The notes under the pieces are model-generated. The model ran no database searches. It was not told the DNA's origin and worked only from the letters and a program-made list of their open reading frames with translations. A stretch of 64,000 nucleotides of DNA from Callorhinchus milii (Eukaryota). The stretch covers positions 62,001-126,000 of the forward strand of contig NW_024704870.1 in NCBI RefSeq assembly GCF_018977255.1, read 5' to 3'. The position numbers and the translations under genes were made by a program. Below, piece by piece: positions 40,257 through 53,466 of the stretch. How positions within the stretch are numbered: the first letter of the stretch is position 1; each line of letters opens with the position of its first letter.

Positions 40257-41148
40257 CATCTGATCTTAAGCCACAAGAGTACGTGGCAGAGTCAGTGACA
40301 ATGAGACTGAGAATGATTAATGTGGTTTGTTCCTGACTCTTGTCCAGATGTGAAGTGAAACGGCCTTTGGCGTAATCTGCAGTGTTGTCTACCCCATTGG
40401 TATGTCTGTAGAGAATGTATTGGGGAGCCAGACCTGGGTGATGTCTGTACCAGTACAGAGCAGCATAGTTCGAGCTGGTGGTATATGAGCAGCTCAGACT
40501 CACTGTGCCTCCCTCTTGTTTGCTCAGCCCCGCTGTCTGCTGTCTGACGGGATCTCCCACCACCACATCTGCAACGAGAGGAAAGGATCAACTTGAAACA
40601 CGGCTCCATATTACTCCTGTCGTCCAGTGGACTCGCCTCGAAAGGGATGGGACTCGGGTTTTATTCCCTGGAAGGACAGGGATAGACTTTGGGAAGTTTC
40701 CTATCTGTACATACGCCTCTGTTTACCGAGCAGTAAGTAGGAACCCAGTTGTTAATCGATTGGCTAAATAATGTGTGGTCACTCAATCCACGACTGTCAG
40801 TGGGGAAAATGCTGTGCGAATTAAGATGCCACTTTTTGAACACGAAATACGGAACCACTATGCTGTCAAGTATATGCTTTCAAGTGGCTCGAAATACCTC
40901 CAAAAGGGGAAAAGTCGCTATCTCGAATGCAAGGGCTATTAGTATTATTATTATTATTAATATTACGCTTCCGCAACTAATAATTTGACTACTAACTCAC
41001 TTTGGGAGAGAAAGACAAGAATGTTAAATAGCTTGAGCCTTCCTCCAGATGAGACACTCTCTGTATAAATATCAATCTGTTTTGTATGTTGCATAGCCTC
41101 ACCTGACATAAAGCTCAACAGGAGAAGGTAATCCATGAGCAGTCGCAT
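40257..41148 (-). CDS. Conventional TCR V (family QTAGLSK)
   Basis: Leader MRLLMDYLLLLSFMS 41103-41148; exon 40257-40568 (..TYSCGLRSD); RSS 40218-40256. Confidence 0.9.
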
Positions 41149-42271
41149 TGTCGCCATTCAGCAAGCAGCCTTTCCCACCAGAGTTTGACGATGGAAAGTG
41201 TTTAACAAAGGTGACGAGTTTCAGCATCACATCCGTGATCTCACAGCAGTGTTTCCTTGACAAGTTTACTTGACCTTGTTGTCAGGCTAATAACTATGGA
41301 CGTTGGGCCGCACTCAATTATATGTTCAGTGGCTTTATCTCCACCAAGTTGAAGACAATATTGATGTGAATGAAGTTTTGGTGAGAAAGAATCAAACTAA
41401 TCCTTGCATTATGTAGAGCTTCATTCAGACAACAATTACAACAACGAATTACATTAAACATCGACTTTCACAAATCGCTTTAAAGTGAAGGATTTTGCAC
41501 TCGATCTGCAGATTAGGATGAGAGAGGGGTGGAGAGCATGGAGAGGGGAGGAGGGATAATCTCTTAAGACACGGTTTAAAACGGTGGTCTTGAAATGGAT
41601 GCGAGTGAACGATATATTTTATTAGATGTTGTAGATCCTCTTCCACCTTTAAAAGCGACCAAGTTCTCTACCGCCCAACCTCAGCAACTGCCACAAACAC
41701 TACCCACCCGGACACTGATATCCCTCTGTCAGGATATCGCTTCTTGTTTCGAGCCGTTCCGTGGGATCTTTATTATCCAACTGAACATTCAAGGTTTGAG
41801 TAATCAACATTAAATTGGAGGGATTATTACCCTTTGGAAAAGCGACTGTTGATCGATTTACAATTGGGTCCTTACTCACTCCTCTGTAAACATAAGCCCG
41901 TGTGAGGAGCGATGAAACTTGCCAAAGGCTTCACTACGCACGGGATCGAAACAGGGTCCTCCAGTTTGAGAGTCGAGAATTATTTCCACTCCGCCACAGG
42001 GTTCAGTTTAAGTAATAAAACAAAAGAAACATGATTTGTTTTATTACATTGACAGATCAAAGTCGATCAATAGCAACTGGACGTGCAATACATAACTGAA
42101 GCATCCCTTGTGTTCTGAATTTATTGTAACATATGATGTTGTGAACCTTTAGCTGACAAGTTGGTGTGAGGTTAATGCGGTTTGCGCTGATTCTGGTTAC
42201 AGACGGATCATCCCTATGTACAAAGTGAAGGCAGTTTTTGTACGAGACTTGCAGTGCTGTCTATCACTGTG

Positions 42272-43253
42272 GTGAGACTAAAGGCACAGTAATACACAGC
42301 GCTGTCAGACACCACCAGCTCTGAGATGGATAAACTGGTGGATGAATTGGATGTCTGTAGCTGAGCAGAGAAACGATTTCCAAACCCTGTTCCTTTTCCT
42401 TGATTATCTCCAGAATATCTCCAAATTATAAACTCCGGCTGTTTGTCTGGGTAATGTCGGTACCAATAGAGATAGTAATAGCTTTCAGTCGTGGAATAAG
42501 TACATTGCAAAATCTCAATTTCTCCTTCTTTCTTAACCATCTTGGCAGCTTTCTGACTGACGGAATCACCATCACAGAGGTCTGCAATAAAGATGGAAGA
42601 GCACAAAATTATATTATTCATTCGTTGCATCAATTACATTTTGAGCGCATTTGAAAGTCCTCCCGTCGAGAAATCCGTTATGCATACGTCCTTTGTTAAC
42701 CATGAATTAATAATAATCATAGTATTTTATGAAAAGCATTATCACTTTGTTGAGAGGTCTGGATGCTCTTCACGGAATTTGTTCTCGAGTTATGCTGTGT
42801 ATTTTTGTGGGCGAAAAAGGACATCGAATTTAGCACAGCATTGCCTAAAATAACATTCCTGGAATACACGACCAAACAATTATTTTTAAAAACGGATCAT
42901 TTTCCACGGAAGTAGATCAGACACACCATTAAAAACGTTTCAATTTAATTAATATTTAGAAGGAATATTACCTCGAGTTACGGAGCAACGGGACTGCAAC
43001 TTACAGCTGGGTACGCAGAGGCATGTTTGTGCTTATGGAGTAAGAAAACCAGCTTAACTGTTCACCATGCCCGGGAATCGAGACCAGGTCCTGTCGTTTG
43101 CGAGGCGAGAGCTCTCACCACTGAACTACAGGTTACCGTCCACAAATTGATGCTGAAGAAGTGCTGACCATCATCACCAAAACTGAATTAGCTCAACAGG
43201 GCCTCACCTGACATGAAGGTTCCCAGCACCAGACAGACAGCAAACAGCCTCAT
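42272..43253 (-). CDS. Conventional TCR V (family ELCxGD), apparently functional
   Basis: Leader 43208-43253; exon 42272-42581 (LQC..WYRH..DSAVYYCAFSL); RSS 42233-42271. Confidence 0.92.
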
Positions 43254-44059
43254 TGCTGCTCTTCAGTCTGTGTGATTGTGTCTGTGCCATCAGTTTGCTG
43301 ATAACCCGCAGTAATTATCGGCATTGGCGGAGCCACAGTCTCACGTCACCTCATTGGCATCTCAGCCGCGTTTCAATACAGTATCCAATTGCTTTTTTAC
43401 AGCGGTTTTCACCAGTCACTGGGGGAAGAGAATCCTCCCTTCAGCTCCTGGTAACAGCGATGCCCATAGCCATAACTAGTAGACTGATCATCAAAATAAT
43501 ATAACAATAATCGTTCCATTTGATGTAGGGTATTATCAAATTTTCCAGAAGACCGAAAGCGCTTCACATAATCTATTACATAGTGTAGTGACTTTGCATT
43601 TTGTGGGCGTATCAAGGCATACGATTGCGCACAGCAGTGTACCATAGATAGTCGTGGATTGAGTGACCAAATTGTTTACCCCTTATTATTCTTTTGAGGG
43701 AAATATTAATGGCGAAAAAGCAATCCGCCAATCAGTTTCATATCTAAAGCTCGCGAAACGACGGTTTGTGCAGTAAGGAAACTTTCCGAACATTTCTCCC
43801 TGCCGGGAATCTAACACATGTCCCTCGCCAGCGAGATATGTGCTCTAACCACGGTTATTGCATGGTCAGTTGAGTTCATGGGCTCATTGAGTTGTTTGTT
43901 TGACAGTCAGATGAGCCGTCAATGTAATGTTCTCTTTGTGTCTCTGTCTGGTTTCCTTTCCTACAGTAAATCTCTGCTGCGGCCCAGAGAGACAGAAGCG
44001 CAAACCCACTAAACGCTGAGAGTTTTTGTACGAGTCTCTGACTGGTTCACATCACTGTG

Positions 44060-44913
44060 TGGTTCAAGAGCACAGTAATACACAGCGCTGTCAGACAGCT
44101 CCAACAGGGAGATGGTTAAACTGGTGAATTTTGTCGAGGTTTGGAGCTCAATAGAGAACCGCTTTTTTGCAAAGTCTGCTTTATCTTTATCACCATCAGA
44201 ACCCTTTTGAAGCACATAATGTGGTTGTGTTTCTTGTTGTTCTCGGTACCAATTTAAATAGTAGTCGCTCAGAGACGTATCATAATGACATTCCATGGTC
44301 ACACTTCCTCCTTCTTTCCCAGTCACTGAAGCCACCTTCTGTGTCACAGAGTCTCCCTGGGTCAGGCCTGAAAGATAAGAACGTGCAGCCCTGTAGCTCA
44401 GTAGTTAGAGCGCTCGCCTCGCAAGCGACAAGAGCCGGGTTCGATTCCGGGACAGGACAGGGCATAATCTTAGGCTAATTTCCTTAACGCACCCAGCTCT
44501 GATTACCCAACACTAAGTAGAAATATGTTGGTTGAACAATTAGTTGATCCCTATCCGGGAATAATATTCCGTTCAAAAAGAAAATAACAGACATTTAAAA
44601 TGTAGTCAGTGAATCGTTGATTATTTGGGGGACACTACTGTGCGGAATTGGCTACCGAGTCTCCACCGCGAAACAGAAAGTCTCTGCAATTGAGTCTATT
44701 ACTTGAAGCGCCTTGAGACTGCTCGAAAACATATTGAAGCGCCATATGAAACGCGATTACAATGATTATTATGTTTAATAATATGAGCAGAAAAGGAAAC
44801 CGATTCAGTTAAATGATTTTAAAAAATAATTGAAAGATGTATAATTCTTATAGTAAATTACCTATTAAAATGGCAGCGAGAACCAGACACAAACTGGTTC
44901 CCTTCAACCCCAT
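44060..44913 (-). CDS. Conventional TCR V (family GLTQGD), apparently functional
   Basis: Leader 44862-44913; exon 44060-44367 (..YYCALEP); RSS 44021-44059. Confidence 0.92.
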
Positions 44914-45503
44914 CACTTACTCCACAACTGAGCACTTGAGTGGATAAGATATTGGTGTTGTTCGGAGGCGAATGGCTTTGAGTCTGGTTGACACTTGATC
45001 GCTATGACCTCACTTCCTAATCAAGTGACGCGGCATCGTCTGCTCAACGTTGGAGGGAAGTTAAAGTGTCACAGTTTATCTTCTGGGGGAAGTAAGAGTG
45101 AATTTCCTTCGAGCCCATTCAATTTAGTGACAGGCTTGACACAGAAAGGAAGACCAGATTTGTTGGTTTCCATGATACCACAGAGGTAGGATTGTAAATA
45201 ACCAAATAGGGATTTAAAGGTGAGTGTGAGGATCTTGAATTCGGTCTGAGGCGGTTGAATTCGCTGGCGAATGGGAGCGAGTGGATTGGGATAGGTTCAG
45301 ATCAAAAACTAACGTAATCGTGTGTGAAAGTAACAGAACATACAGGTTTTTGGATTGTATGCAATTTGTGAAGGGAAGGGGCAGGTTATAGAGTAAGCAG
45401 GCACTTTGTGTAATCTTGCCTGGACATGATCAACGCAAGAATTTAGATGTAAAATCAAGGAAACCAGCAGCCGAGCCTGAAAGAATAAATGTTCGCCTTC
45501 CAT

Positions 45504-46294
45504 TACATTACATTACATTCTCATAATATTCATAAGAGCGCTCCAGACTGGGCACTCCAAAGCCCACGGGTGGCTGAAGATATTTCTTCACCAAACTGTA
45601 CTGAAGGGGTGGTCCCAAGCTGGACGAGCAGTGAGAAACCTTGCCAGATGGTGATATCAATAGCAAGCTGTGCAGTTTTAGCTGGTTAGACTCCAGCAGT
45701 TACCCCCAACGCACGCTCTGGGGTCCCCAAGCCTTGGCTCTTGCCAATCTGCACCTAGAACGTTCTGGAATTAGGTTCACAGGATGCATCCCTCCAGGGA
45801 GAGAGTGCGCATTTCATTCCGATAATCTATCTCTGGGATTTCCATGTGTAGGGGGGGCTGCGTGGAATTCTCAGTTCGGTTGGGATACTCTTAAGAATGG
45901 TGATGGGTTTTGGCACGTGTCGGGCACCCGGCTGACCAAAAAAAGGATATTTCCATCCATCTAATCCTTTATCATGGCTCATTGGCTATTTGATTTCCTT
46001 TCTTCCCAAATACCAGCATCCAGTCTCTGCTTCATACAGAGCCCAACAGCATTGATACACGTGACAGTTTGGGTAATAATAATCCCTCCAAAATAAAACA
46101 ATAATAAATTGGTCATTTTCAATCTACGACTGTTTGTGGGACATTGCTGTGTGCAATTGGCTGCCGCGTTCGCCCACAAATATACAGTCAATTCACTTTA
46201 CAGTCTATTCTGTGAAGCGCTTTGGGACGTCCTCCCGACGTGAAAAGCGCTATATCAAATGCAAGGATTATTGTTATTATTATTATTATTCCAT
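45504..46294. mobile_element. Composite retroelement insertion, about 790 bp, with TTCCAT target-site duplication
   Basis: Empty sites at about 4980 and 16170 read gccttccatcatctg; (CATTA)n at the left end and a SINE tail at the right end. Confidence 0.75.
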
Positions 46295-47021
46295 CATCTG
46301 AGGTGACATACTTTTAGTTGTACGTTCTCTTATCTGTCAGAATGCTTTTGGTTCAGGATTCAAGTTGACAATTTGAGATCAAATTCTAGATTGAAATTCA
46401 GATTCATGAAACAATAATTCTTCATAAACTGTCATTCATGACAGCCGTTGCTCCCGTATCATAATGGAAACTAAAAGAGTAATTCGCAATCATTTTGCCA
46501 AAAGTCCTATGCGATCATTATCTTCCACGTGAACAGACAAGTCAGTACCTCAGTCGAATAACAATAACAAACCTTTCATTTGATAAAGCACATTATCTCG
46601 TGTTAGAGACGTCTTAAAGAGCTGCATTGAAAATATTGTAAAGTGAATTCATGGTACGTTTTGCGACATCCAAGAATTGAATTTTTTTAATCTTTTATTT
46701 CAAGGATTTATTACCGACCCGGAAAAGTGATACAAAACGTTGCAAGGCCGCCGGATATAATTATCTCTTCCAAATGATGCTCGACTTCAAAATACTCCGC
46801 TTCAAATCCCCTTCTGGATTAAAGATGACAATTTGTAAATGCTTAAATTTAGCTGGCAGCCTTCTTTGATTTCTTGATCAGTTGGACATTAATAGTAAAG
46901 TGTCGCCCTCTGAAGGCCAATGTGCCACAATTCATCACTGCTTCATATTTCATGGCAAACTTGAAGTAAAGCAGTGATTGTAATAATAATGTGTTGAGGT
47001 TCCCAGTGGCTTATATTACTG

Positions 47022-47081
47022 AGGCTCAGAGTACAGTAACACTCCCCGCTGTCAGACACTGTGAGACCACAGATACTGAAG
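47022..47081 (-). pseudogene. V relic (FR3 end only)
   Basis: Copy of 5711-5770. Confidence 0.55.
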
Positions 47082-48122
47082 CCCCCCCTTCCACACACCA
47101 AATCCTCGCCTCACAATTATGTTGATCTGTCCTGAGCCCCAAAGGGCCTTTTTTCATTATAATAGTTTACATTGCAACACAGAATTGAGCCAAACTTGCC
47201 AACGGCAATTGTACATTGTTGTACTTGCGGACTATTTAACCAGTAATAAATAGGAATCCGTTGTTATTCGATTGGCGAACCACTTTCCGGGTTAATAATC
47301 CCTCCGAAAGGTGTTGGTCACTGCTCTCCGCCAATCGACAAACAGATGAGTTCCTACTTACTGCTATTTAAACAGAGGTGTGTGGAATAAGGAAACTTGC
47401 CCATCGTTTCGCCCCACCGTGAGTCGAAACCAGGTCTCTCACTGTCGAGGTGAGTGTTCTAACCACTGAGCCACCGGACATCGCAGATAAAACCTTTGAA
47501 TCAATATTGGTCATTGATTGGAACATTGGCACATTGAAATACAGTACATTTGTTTGTCAGTCTGAAACTTTAGGAAACCCATCGCCAAGCTGTAGAGACT
47601 CCAAATATCGCTACCTCCCACCTCCTCATGGAAATCACTGAAATAGTCTTTTTGAATGGAATGAGCATTCTCCTCCTTATGAAACTATGCAGTTTAGCTA
47701 AATCCGTCAATGATTAGCCGCAAGTTGGCGAGAACCAATGCTTGAGGACCCCCACATTACGCTTTGGGGTAACTGTTGCTGTATAACCAGCCAATGCCAC
47801 ATAGTTTCCCATTCACACCGCCAATTCGCAGCAACTTCTTTTAGCAGTATATTTTGCGAAGCCGTTTGAGACATCGCGAAGTCGCGATAAGACGCTACAT
47901 TAAATGTAAGGTTCACTCTTATTCGTTTCCCTACACGAACTTTTTCATCACATTTTGCTTGTGGTTGGCAATCAGCCGCGTGTTTCCTCTGAGAGACACA
48001 GGAGCAAAGTAAAAAATGTGAATTAGGTCAACTGTCAGCATTAACATCTGTGCTGAGATGAGACCCTTTCTCTACTCTTTGGGGGTTTATGCACAGTGAT
48101 GTAGTCTGACAGTAACACTGTG

Positions 48123-48751
48123 TGTGTGATGGTACAGTAATGTTTGACCATGTCAGGTAGAGCCACGGGGAACACAAATACAGTGGCTATCTTCCTGCCC
48201 ATGTACGGAGTCCTGTAGCTCAGTGGTTAGAGCACTCGCTTTGCAAGTGAGAGACCTGAGTTCAATTCCAGGCAGAGGGCGAAACCTTGGGCAAGTTTCC
48301 TTACTCCACACGCCTAATAATAATCCCTCCAAAAAAACAAACACAATAATAAATTGGTCATTTTCAATCTACGACTGTTTGTGGGACATTGCTGTGCGCA
48401 ATTGGCTGCCGCGTTCGCCCACAAATATACAGTCAATTCACTTTACAGTCTATTCTGTGAAGCGCTTTGGGACGTCCTCCCGACGTGAAAAGCGCTATAT
48501 CAAATGCAAGGATTATTATTATTATTACAGATTTGGCGTTAAATTTTGCGTTGCAAATTCAGCAATGAATACATCCCCCTCAGAATCATGTCTCCTTGTG
48601 TACAGAGGAGGTTCGCTTGGATACTGACGGTACCAGAATATTAAACCATTGGTGGAATCAGCAGAGAAGGTGCAGCTCAGGGTTACAGTCTGTACTTCAG
48701 TAACAGACATTTCCACCTCTGATGGTTCAACACTGACTCCATCTCCTGTCC
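48123..48751 (-). pseudogene. GDGVSVEPSE-family V interrupted by a SINE
   Basis: Matches 18011-18317 except for the insertion; RSS 48084-48122 intact. Confidence 0.85.
48207..48525 (+). mobile_element. Near full-length tRNA-derived SINE with L2-like tail
   Basis: Head GGAGTCCTGTAGCTCAGTGGTTAGAGC..GTTCAATTCC; tail GTGAAAAGCGCTATATCAAATGCAAGG(ATT)n; short TAC duplication. Confidence 0.88.
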
Positions 48752-49894
48752 CTATAGCCAGAGAAAACATGTTTATCAGTGTCATACAAAGCCCGGAGGT
48801 AAACCCACTAATTGTTTCAAGGGTTAGGGAGAAAGACTTAACATCATGCACAATAAAAGTGAATATAACATCGCAAAGGAATTAACAGCGCAAATGTGCT
48901 GCCCTGTTAACCACAAAGCACATAGCAACTCAAATTTGCAATCAAAATATGTGAATAGCTTTAAGTTATACTCTATGCCGAAAAACATATAAGGGCTGTT
49001 GTTCCTTCATCTCAAGGATTTATTTTCTATGCTGGGTTGTCAAAAAATCAGACTTGTGCTCCAGCATAGGTCAAGTAATACCCATTGATTATCTTGACTT
49101 CATCTACTGCAACTAACATAATAGCAATGATTGCATTTGATGGAGTGATTGTACATTTTCATCTGGAGCGCACAACTGTGTCCTGCAAAAACAGTCGTGA
49201 ATCAAGAAACAAATCTATTATTTGCCAATTAGTTTTGCAGCGGTCATTACCGCAGAAAATAATTTGACAGTCGACCAACAAACGCGTTCCCACGTACTGT
49301 AAGAAAAACAGAGGCGCGAGTATGGAGTAAAGAAACTTGACCAACTTTTCGCACTGCCTGGGATTCGAACCCATGTCCTCTCACAAACAATTAAGGTACA
49401 AGTCTCCATTGACATTAAAATATCACTTTATAACAAATCAGTGTGAAAATATATGTAACAGCTTTTCAAGTGCCCGCTGTAACAAACAAAAAATTGGATT
49501 AGGTATTTTTACTGCAAAATATACAGTCAATTCAATTTAAAGAATAATCTGAGAAGCGCTTTGAGAAGTCTCAATGACGCGCTGCGAGAAAAAGTCAAAT
49601 GGAAAGATTATTTTATTTGTTATTTTCTTTTTATTGCTGTTACTATTAACATGCGAAACTTCCGAAAACATTTATCACAATCTTCTCTCTGTTGGTGAAG
49701 AACATCTCAACTATACAGTAAGAAAAGTATCACATATTTTAGCTGACTTGACAAACCTCAACAAGATGTGAGCTACGGTGGCATTTGGCAGAAGGTTTGT
49801 TACACTCTCTGTCACTAACTGTACTGTACTGTTTCCCAGCTTTGGCTGTGATGAGGGTTATTGTACGAGGTTTCCTATGATGTGTATCACTGTG

Positions 49895-50196
49895 GTGCAG
49901 ACTGAGTGCACAGTGGTACATAGCGGAGTCTGTCAGCCGCAGGCCGGCGATGGTTAAAACGCTGATTTTCTTGGCAGTGTCAAGAGAAGCAGAAATATGA
50001 CCTCCAGTGGGGTTTCCTCCCTCTCCTGAGGGGTTTCTGTGGAGCAGGTATTTCAGGCCCTCGCCAGGGGACTGACGGTACCAGGAGACGCTGAAATCCT
50101 GTCCACAGAATCCTGAATATTGGCAATGTACATTTATCCTCTCACCAGAAAAAGCACTTTGTTCAGGCGGTGACTGGGAAACTGTATAACTGGATC
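49895..50196 (-). CDS. STCRDV: Leaderless supporting TCR-delta V with CDR1 Cys
   Basis: SSYTVSQSPPEQSAF..SGFCGQDF..YHCALSLH; RSS 49856-49894. Confidence 0.92.
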
Positions 50197-50269
50197 CTGC
50201 GGGACGCAAATTACAGGTTACTTAGAATTATGGCATTATGGAACCTAACCCAAACACAACCCTTTCAGG

Positions 50270-50620
50270 CAGTGCATTGCAGACTGTAACAACTTTCTTT
50301 GCAAATAAATCCTCATTATCTCACCTCTGGACCTTTTACCACTTAACATCAATTTGGGTTCACTGGTTACTGAAAGGCTGACCAATGAGAATATTTATAT
50401 CTATCTACTCTATCAAATCCCCTCACAAATATGAACACTTCAATCAGATCTCCACTCAACCTTCGGTCTCTAAGCAGAACATTACCAGAGACCCGAGTAT
50501 CTCCATTTGAATGAAGCCTCTCGCCCTGGGCATCATTCAAGAAAATCTCCTTCGAACCCTGTCCACGACCATAGCACTTTCCCCAACGTGTCCGTGAAAA
50601 ACTTTATACTAAATGTAAGA
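50270..50620 (-). mobile_element. CR1-type LINE 3' fragment
   Basis: Paralogue of 33620-33990. Confidence 0.65.
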
Positions 50621-51304
50621 ATCACTGTTCAATCAACAGTAGAAAGAGACGAGGAATGGATAAATTTAGAGTGCGGCTCTGCACCGTCCAACGTGTGGCT
50701 ATTGCTGTGACACCATTGTTATGATCGCTCATCAATGCAACGTTTAATTAAGCTTTTTTTTTATCTTATACTTAGCCTATGATCAGGGGAATGTTTTGCA
50801 GAGAATCAGGTGTCAGATTGTGCCGTTAAATCAGTGGGTTTACAGTTGAGGAAAATGGAATGTTTCCCTTCTGTAAATGCCGTTACGTTAACATCGCTGT
50901 TGGAGGAGGTTCATTCTCTGATTTGTTGCCAATATCAGTTTCTCTCTCAGTCTGTTAGATGCTCNNNNNNNNNNNNNNNNNNNNNNNNNNNNNNNNNNNN
51001 NNNNNNNNNNNNNNNNNNNNNNNNNNNNNNNNNNNNNNNNNNNNNNNNNNNNNNNNNNNNNNNNNNNNNNNNNNNNNNNNNNNNNNNNNNNNNNNNNNNN
51101 NNNNNNNNNNNNNNNNNNNNNNNNNNNNNNNNNNNNNNNNNNNNNNNNNNNNNNNNNNNNNNNNNNNNTTCTTTATCTCTTACACCCTTTCCTTCTCTCT
51201 AAATCGCTTTTCTTTCTTTCTTCATCTTTCATATCTTACATATTCAGAAATCGATGCGTACCAGCAAACTTGATATTAACTTTTATACATTTATTAAATG
51301 TATA

Positions 51305-52200
51305 AAATTAAATGATATTGCACTTATAGAGCGCCTATCACGTCGGGAGGAAGTTCCAAGGCGCTGGACCAAGTTGGGTCAGGACCCGAGCGGAGGAGAA
51401 ATGGTCAGGGTTAGTGGAGGGAGTGAGGAGGGGGGAAATGGTCAGGGTTAGTGGAGGGAATGGAGGGAGCGAGGAGGGGGAAATGGTCAGGGTGAGTGGA
51501 GGGAAGGGAGGGAGTGAGGAGGGGGGAAATGGTCAGGGTTAGTGGAGGGAATGGAGGGAGCGAGGAGGGGGGAAATGGTCAGGGTGAGGGGAGGGAATGG
51601 AGGGAGCGAGGAGGGGGGAAATGGTCAGGGTGAGGGGAGGGAAAGGAGGGAGCGAGGAGGGGGGAAATGGTCAGGGTGAGGGGAGGGAAGGGAGGGAGCG
51701 AGGAGGGGGGAAATGGTCAGGGTGAGGGGAGGGAGGGAGGGAGCGAGGAGGGGGGAGATGGTCAGGGTGAGGGGAGGGAAGGGAGGGAGCGAGGAGGGGG
51801 GAAATGGTCAGGGTGAGGGGAGGGAAGGGAGGGAGCGAGGAGGGGGGAAATGGTCAGGGTGAGGGGAGGGAAGGGAGGGGGTGAGGAGGGGTAGAGAGTC
51901 GAGAGGGGAGCTGAAGGCACAGTCAAAGAGAAAGGTTTTGAGACCGGCCTTGAAGGAGGAGAGGGAGGAAGCGGCGAAGGCACTGGGGATGGAGTTCCAG
52001 AGCCTGGGGGCTGAGAGGCTGAAGGCCCGACCACCGATGGTAGGGCGGTTGGGGCGGGGGACGTGGAGCAGACCGGAGCCGGAGGAACGGAGGGTTCGGG
52101 CAGGTAGGTAGGGGGATAGTAGGTTGGAGAGGTAGGAGGGAGCAAGGCCGTGAATGGCCTTGTAGGCGAGGATGAGGATCTTGAATTCGATCCTCTGGGG
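51305..52200 (-). mobile_element. L2-clade LINE 3' end containing an expanded minisatellite
   Basis: Paralogue of 34945-35520. Confidence 0.82.
51392..51895 (+). repeat. G-rich minisatellite, about 46-bp unit, 11 copies
   Basis: Unit gggagggagcgaggaggggggaaatggtcagggtgaggggagggaa; the atggtcaggg core was counted 11 times. Confidence 0.92.
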
Positions 52201-52634
52201 CTCGGGAGAAGTTTATATAATATTACACATTGGAGCCAGTTCAGTTCGAAAGAAACCCCACTTCCTGGGAGAATTGTTGAGGATAGGGAGTTTTATCATT
52301 TCCTTTGACCCAAGATATATTGCTTCAAGTAAACACCGGAATTTACAGTCAACAATTCCTCTGGGTATGTCGCTTTGGAACCAATATCCAGACAAAGTTA
52401 GTGACTTTACAAAACATAAAATAAAAGCTGATCATTTCAGAAACACGCTTCATATTTGGAGCTCAGTAATCCTTTGTGCAACACAGAATGCATTTTTCTT
52501 CATAATTGCTAATATCGGTTGTAGGAAAGGCTCAGTTGTAAATAATCGGGAGCTGTCGTTCAGAATAATACACTTTACAAATTGACTTGAATAAAGTTTC
52601 ATTTTAGTACGAAAGAAGTTTTTTTCTCACTTAC

Positions 52635-52690
52635 TTTCAGTTACAGTTAAATTGGTTCCTGATCCATCTTCTGTGTATTCATCACAACAC
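52635..52690 (-). CDS. NTCRJ: NAR-TCR J segment
   Basis: CCDEYTEDGSGTNLTVTE + GTAAG; RSS cacagtc-23-agaaaacct 52691-52729. Confidence 0.9.
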
Positions 52691-53069
52691 CACAGTCACA
52701 CAACGCTCATACGATAGAGTAGAAAACCTGTTGTATCAGATCATGGTTTATCACTGTGACAAATAAAACCAGATGTTGACAAATGGGTCAATAACTTCGG
52801 TCTGTCCAACACTTTCCCATCTTCAGACTTTTTATTTGTCCATATCATGTTTCTCTTCATTGTTTCCACCCAAATACTGACGAAGATGACGGACCAGCGA
52901 ACAGCTTTCTGCAAAATTTATACAAAATGTCAGTTTGAAATAAATAATATTGAAAGCAAGCTTTCGACATATTAAGCAGCATAAAATAGGACATAATTTT
53001 CAGTGATCAAGTCTCATGTATTTTCATGAAAATAGCTGCGCGGTATTTGTGCTGATGTTTTGCACTGTG

Positions 53070-53085
53070 ACCATCCCAACCACAG
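53070..53085 (-). CDS. NTCRD: NAR-TCR D segment (12/12 RSS)
   Basis: CTGTGGTTGGGATGGT; cacagta-12-acaaaaacc 53086-53113; ggtatttgt-12-cactgtg 53042-53069. Confidence 0.93.
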
Positions 53086-53466
53086 CACAGTATTTAATGT
53101 CAACACAAAAACCAATGGTTTGAACAACAATTGATATGTGTTCTGCAATTTAAAATCAACCAATCAATGACATAACGTGTAAAATTCTTTTGAATATTGT
53201 CCCAGTAGGACTTTGTATGCCTCAGCAATAAATTGTTATTGATACGAAATCAAGCAGAATTCTTTCGACAGAGTCGTAATGATTTTTCCTAAGTATTCAT
53301 AAATAATGGTCGTCTCTTAAAGGAAGTGATATTAAACATCATTGCATATCTCACACCAATGAGGAATGCGCATTGAACTCACTGACAAGTTCACATTCTC
53401 TGTGGTTTACCTGTGAGTTGGCGATTGGCCTTTTTGTATTGTTGGAAGCCCAGATACAGCATTGTG

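Noticed and set aside
51762-52145. Pro/Ser-rich ORFs (also 35030-35509, 12139-12567)
   Set aside because: Off-frame readings of L2 fragments and a G-rich minisatellite
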